In this document: piece after piece, positions 60,753 through 64,000 of the stretch
Layout of the letters: every line of letters begins with the position of its first letter
Position numbering within the stretch: the stretch's first letter is position 1
From: a candidate division WOR-3 bacterium
Lineage (GTDB): Bacteria > Hydrothermota > Hydrothermia > LBFQ01
DNA length: 64,000 nt
Assembly (NCBI GenBank): GCA_039802605.1
Contig: JBDRWW010000001.1
Span: 64,001-128,000, forward strand
Reading direction: 5' to 3'
Made by a program: the position numbers and the translations under genes
The notes under the pieces: model-generated
Databases searched by the model: none
Seen by the model: only the letters and a program-made list of their open reading frames with translations
Told to the model about the DNA's origin: nothing

Positions 60753-61214
60753 CTAAGGTTGGTTTAAAACGAACCCCAAAAGGGAATTTAAAATCCTATT
60801 AACCGCCTCAAACTTTGATTTTACCCTATCCCCAAAAACCTCTATCCTTTTCAAGGTATAATTGTTGTCGTCTTGGTAGATGCAAAAATACAAATAACCA
60901 TGGCCGTTAAACTCACCCGTAGTTGATATTCCTATATCCGAATTTGACAACCTTTTTACATTTTTAGCCATCTCGTATGCAACTTCCGGCGAATAAACGG
61001 AAAAATACCTTATGGTTTCATGTGAAACACCCAAAACCCCCTCCTTCATCTCCGTTTGATACACCACCAGTCCTAAAACAAAATATCCGGAAGAACCCGG
61101 TATGGATGTTAATGCGCTTGACAACTCACCACCCGTACACGACTCCGCTACCGAAACTTTTATCTTTTTCCTTAAAAGCAGGTTTCTTAAACACAGTAGT
61201 TTATAATTCTTCAA
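60753..61214 (-). CDS. pncC: CinA C-terminal domain / NMN amidohydrolase
   Basis: AESCTGG, PGSS.YF, STTG. Confidence 0.8.
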   Translation of the reverse strand: MKNYKLLCLRNLLLRKKIKVSVAESCTGGELSSALTSIPGSSGYFVLGLVVYQTEMKEGVLGVSHETIRYFSVYSPEVAYEMAKNVKRLSNSDIGISTTGEFNGHGYLYFCIYQDDNNYTLKRIEVFGDRVKSKFEAVNRILNSLLGFVLNQP

Positions 61215-62904
61215 GGTCTTTAAACCTTCCTAGGATATGCAATCTTATCGGATTCCTCAACTTTTCAAGGGCTTGGGTTTCCAGCTGCCTAACCCTCTCA
61301 CGGGTTAAACCCAACTCCTGCCCAACCTCTTCCAAAGTTCTGGGTTTTTTACCATCAAGTCCAAACCTCAACTCTATAACCTTCCTCTCCCTCGGGGATA
61401 ACATATTTAAAGCTTTCCTCAGCCTTTCCCTTAGGCTTTCAATCTTCAACTCTTCCTCGGCTGATAATGTCTTTTCATCGTATATTATTTCCCCAAGAGA
61501 TGTGTCCTCGTCTTTACCAACCGGTTTATCCATTGATATAGGCTCCTTTGCAACGCTTAAAGCCCTCTCCACTTTACTAATGGGCATTTCAAGGTATTCG
61601 GCGAGTTCTTCAATTGAAGGGGGTCTTCCCTTTTCCTGCAACAGTACCTTTTGTGCCTTGTTTATCTTTGTTATGGTTTCAATCATGTGTATAGGTATCC
61701 TAATAGTCCTTGAATGGTCCGCTACGGCCCTCGTTATGGCTTGCCTTATCCACCAAGTCGCATAAGTTGAAAACTTAAACCCCTTTTTCCAATCATACTT
61801 ATCAATAGCCTTTAAAAGCCCCAGATTACCCTCTTGTATCAAGTCACCAAAGTCCAAACCCCTATTCATATACCTCTTAGCCTCACTTATGACAAGTCTA
61901 ACATTACCTTCCGCCAAGGTATTCCTCGCAAACTCATATTTTTTGTACAGTTTGATAAGTTTATCAGCCGTCTCCTTCGCCTCGGAATATGATTGGTTTA
62001 GTTCCTTTTCAAGCCTTTCAATCCTTGATTTTATACTCTTCTCAAGCGCCTCGTATTCCCATAAAAAGTTCTCCGCACCTATATCTTTAAACACCTCCTT
62101 TTCGTTTTCCAACCTGCTGAGTTCATCGTATAAGGATTTTAACTTATCCACCTTCTTAATATACTCGTTATATATTTCCACGATTTTTGGGAAAACCGGA
62201 CCCATTTCCATAATTTTGTCAAGTATTTCTCTGTAAGCCGTTTCGGATTCTATTTTCTCCTCTTCCGACAACTTATCCCTTTCCAAGAGGTACCTCCTGG
62301 CCATAGGCCACCTTGCTACGAGGTATTCCATACCCTTTGATAACCTCTTTCTTTCTTTTTGGTTTTTTACCCTATTCGTCCAATAACCCGGATCAACCTG
62401 GAATATTTCTTCCGCTTGTACTAAACCCTTTTGGGCAAACTGTACAAGATTCATAAATCTACTCAAACCAAAATATGTTTGCAATAAGGTTTTTGTTATT
62501 TCCGTTCTCGTGGTATCAATCGTTCGAGCCAATTCCAATTCCTCGTTCCTAGATAAAAGCCTCATCTCTGCCACTTCTTTTAAATATATCCTTACCGGGT
62601 CATCCTTGTACTCCTTATCAAGCCTTTCCTCTTCCGCCTGAATTATACTCTCAACCTCCTGCTTCCTCTTCGTCTTCTTCTTCTTGTATGTAGAACTCGT
62701 CAAATCCTTCTCAAACTCTATTCCCTTCTCCATCAGGGCTATCATTACCTGCTCCAAGATTTCGTCATTTTGAACCACATCGGCGGGTAATCTTTTCAGA
62801 AGATCGTCAAATGTAAATACCCCTCCCTTTTCCCTAGCCTCCTCTACGATCTTTTCTATGGCATCCATTATTTCCCTCTTTCTATCCTTAACCTTCCTTG
62901 CCAT
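61201..62904 (-). CDS. rpoD: RNA polymerase primary sigma factor
   Basis: Region 1.1, DDPVRIYLKE, DLIQEGNLGL, FSTYATWWIRQAI, TRERVRQ. Confidence 0.97.
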   Translation of the reverse strand: MARKVKDRKREIMDAIEKIVEEAREKGGVFTFDDLLKRLPADVVQNDEILEQVMIALMEKGIEFEKDLTSSTYKKKKTKRKQEVESIIQAEEERLDKEYKDDPVRIYLKEVAEMRLLSRNEELELARTIDTTRTEITKTLLQTYFGLSRFMNLVQFAQKGLVQAEEIFQVDPGYWTNRVKNQKERKRLSKGMEYLVARWPMARRYLLERDKLSEEEKIESETAYREILDKIMEMGPVFPKIVEIYNEYIKKVDKLKSLYDELSRLENEKEVFKDIGAENFLWEYEALEKSIKSRIERLEKELNQSYSEAKETADKLIKLYKKYEFARNTLAEGNVRLVISEAKRYMNRGLDFGDLIQEGNLGLLKAIDKYDWKKGFKFSTYATWWIRQAITRAVADHSRTIRIPIHMIETITKINKAQKVLLQEKGRPPSIEELAEYLEMPISKVERALSVAKEPISMDKPVGKDEDTSLGEIIYDEKTLSAEEELKIESLRERLRKALNMLSPRERKVIELRFGLDGKKPRTLEEVGQELGLTRERVRQLETQALEKLRNPIRLHILGRFKDLEEL

Positions 62905-64000
62905 TATACACCCACCTCCTTTTTAATATTATAAACCTCCAAAAGCGACCTAATATCCCCCTTAGCCCTCTTAACCCTATCTTCTACTTCAATTTGCGTT
63001 AAAATCCTCCTCAAAACCTTAAAAACTTCCTCCCTTTCCATATTTAAAGAATAAACAGAGGAGGCTTCCTCCGATTTTAGTGTTTCAAAAAATTCCGCAA
63101 AATCTTTACCGGAATTTATGTAAGTTTCCAACCTATGCTGCAAAGAGGTTTTAGTGGTTAAACGGTTTAATATATCCATAACCTCCCCTTTGAAACCATA
63201 AGCATACCCAAGAATTAAAATTTTGTCCAAATTTGCCAAAGAAGAACCGGATTTCTTTGTTATCTCCCTTACGGATGACTCCCCTATATTCACCTTTGTA
63301 CCAACCCACTTTTCCAGTTCGCTTAGGTAAAATGTGGCCAAATTTTCATCCGAATTTTTGAGCAAAGAAATGAAATTTTTGGCTTTGTTTAATTTTTCCG
63401 AGAATTTAATGGGATCTGCGGGCTTTTCACCGAGAATAAATTTAAAAGCCGTAATTGGCTCGGGTAGTTTTTTATAATACTGCAAATAATCCGCGGGGTC
63501 CAAACCGTTTTCCAATAATATTACATACACATCTATACCCGCTTTTGCGAGGGCAAATATGGATTTTTCTGCGGATTTCATCCCAGCATCGTCGTTATCG
63601 GGGATAATAACCACTTTTTTCGCAAACCTATAGATTCTTTTGGCGTGCTCCTCGCTCAAATGGGTGCCCATAATACCCACGGTATTTTTATACCCTTCCT
63701 GGTGCATCAGAATAACATCCATATACCCTTCAACCAAATATAAAAAACCATCTTTTCTCGCAAAGGGTTTTGCCCTATCAAAGCCGAATAAAACTTCGGA
63801 TTTTTTGAATATTTTAGTATCCGGGCCGTTTAGGTATTTTGGTTCTCCACCTTCCACAACCCTACCGGCAAAGGAAACCACATTACCGGTAATATCCTTT
63901 ATCGGGAAAATTATTCTACCGTAAAACCTGTCAAATATCTCTTTACCCGTGTTTATAGCGACGCCGCTTGAAAGAATGTCCTCGGAAGAAAAGCCCTTCT
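62904..64000 (-). CDS. dnaG: DNA primase, 3' part (5' end beyond the window)
   Basis: Frame open to the window edge: DRFYGRIIFPI, FAGR, PKYLNGP, VEGYMDV, DND.AG, DP. Confidence 0.96.
   Translation of the reverse strand, partial: KGFSSEDILSSGVAINTGKEIFDRFYGRIIFPIKDITGNVVSFAGRVVEGGEPKYLNGPDTKIFKKSEVLFGFDRAKPFARKDGFLYLVEGYMDVILMHQEGYKNTVGIMGTHLSEEHAKRIYRFAKKVVIIPDNDDAGMKSAEKSIFALAKAGIDVYVILLENGLDPADYLQYYKKLPEPITAFKFILGEKPADPIKFSEKLNKAKNFISLLKNSDENLATFYLSELEKWVGTKVNIGESSVREITKKSGSSLANLDKILILGYAYGFKGEVMDILNRLTTKTSLQHRLETYINSGKDFAEFFETLKSEEASSVYSLNMEREEVFKVLRRILTQIEVEDRVKRAKGDIRSLLEVYNIKKEVGV

Noticed and set aside
60977..61765. 262-aa antisense ORF opposite rpoD/pncC
   Set aside because: Shadow ORF with composition expected from reverse-complemented Glu/Lys-rich codons; no promoter motif
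1..64000. CRISPR arrays, IS elements, prophage, rRNA, riboswitches or T-boxes
   Set aside because: No repeat-spacer periodicity or transposase/phage genes seen by eye; intergenic gaps are too short for structured leaders, including before tyrS, serS and ribBA

Overview
A 64 kb, extremely compact chromosomal segment from a diderm (LPS-making), probably thermophilic bacterium. An FCB-adjacent lineage such as WOR-3 is my guess from T9SS-like C-termini, a group II GGGPS and protein composition; it is not demonstrated. The window holds about 66 protein genes, mostly housekeeping (rsmH, frr, uppS, cdsA, pyrH, tyrS, serS, miaA, mnmA, rpoD, dnaG, fabH, lpxK, LPS glycosyltransferases), and 3 tRNAs without encoded CCA. 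I found no CRISPR array, IS element, integrase or phage genes. The most striking signal is in the expression grammar. Nearly every transcription-unit start has a -10 hexamer (TAnAAT-like) only 6-9 nt before the start codon, which implies leaderless mRNA. In 29 of 31 such sites a C lies exactly 6 nt upstream of the hexamer (about -18), usually with no recognisable -35 box. Other highlights: (1) tRNAs sit 4-6 nt before start codons. (2) Presumably exported proteins carry ultra-short N-terminal hydrophobic stretches. (3) Archaeal-type G1P dehydrogenase and GGGP synthase occur alongside fabH/cdsA/lpxK. (4) An AT-rich islet next to tRNA-Thr contains a collapsed SF1 helicase remnant and a 5'-frameshifted TPR-like gene. 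(5) There is an orphan minimal CheA.
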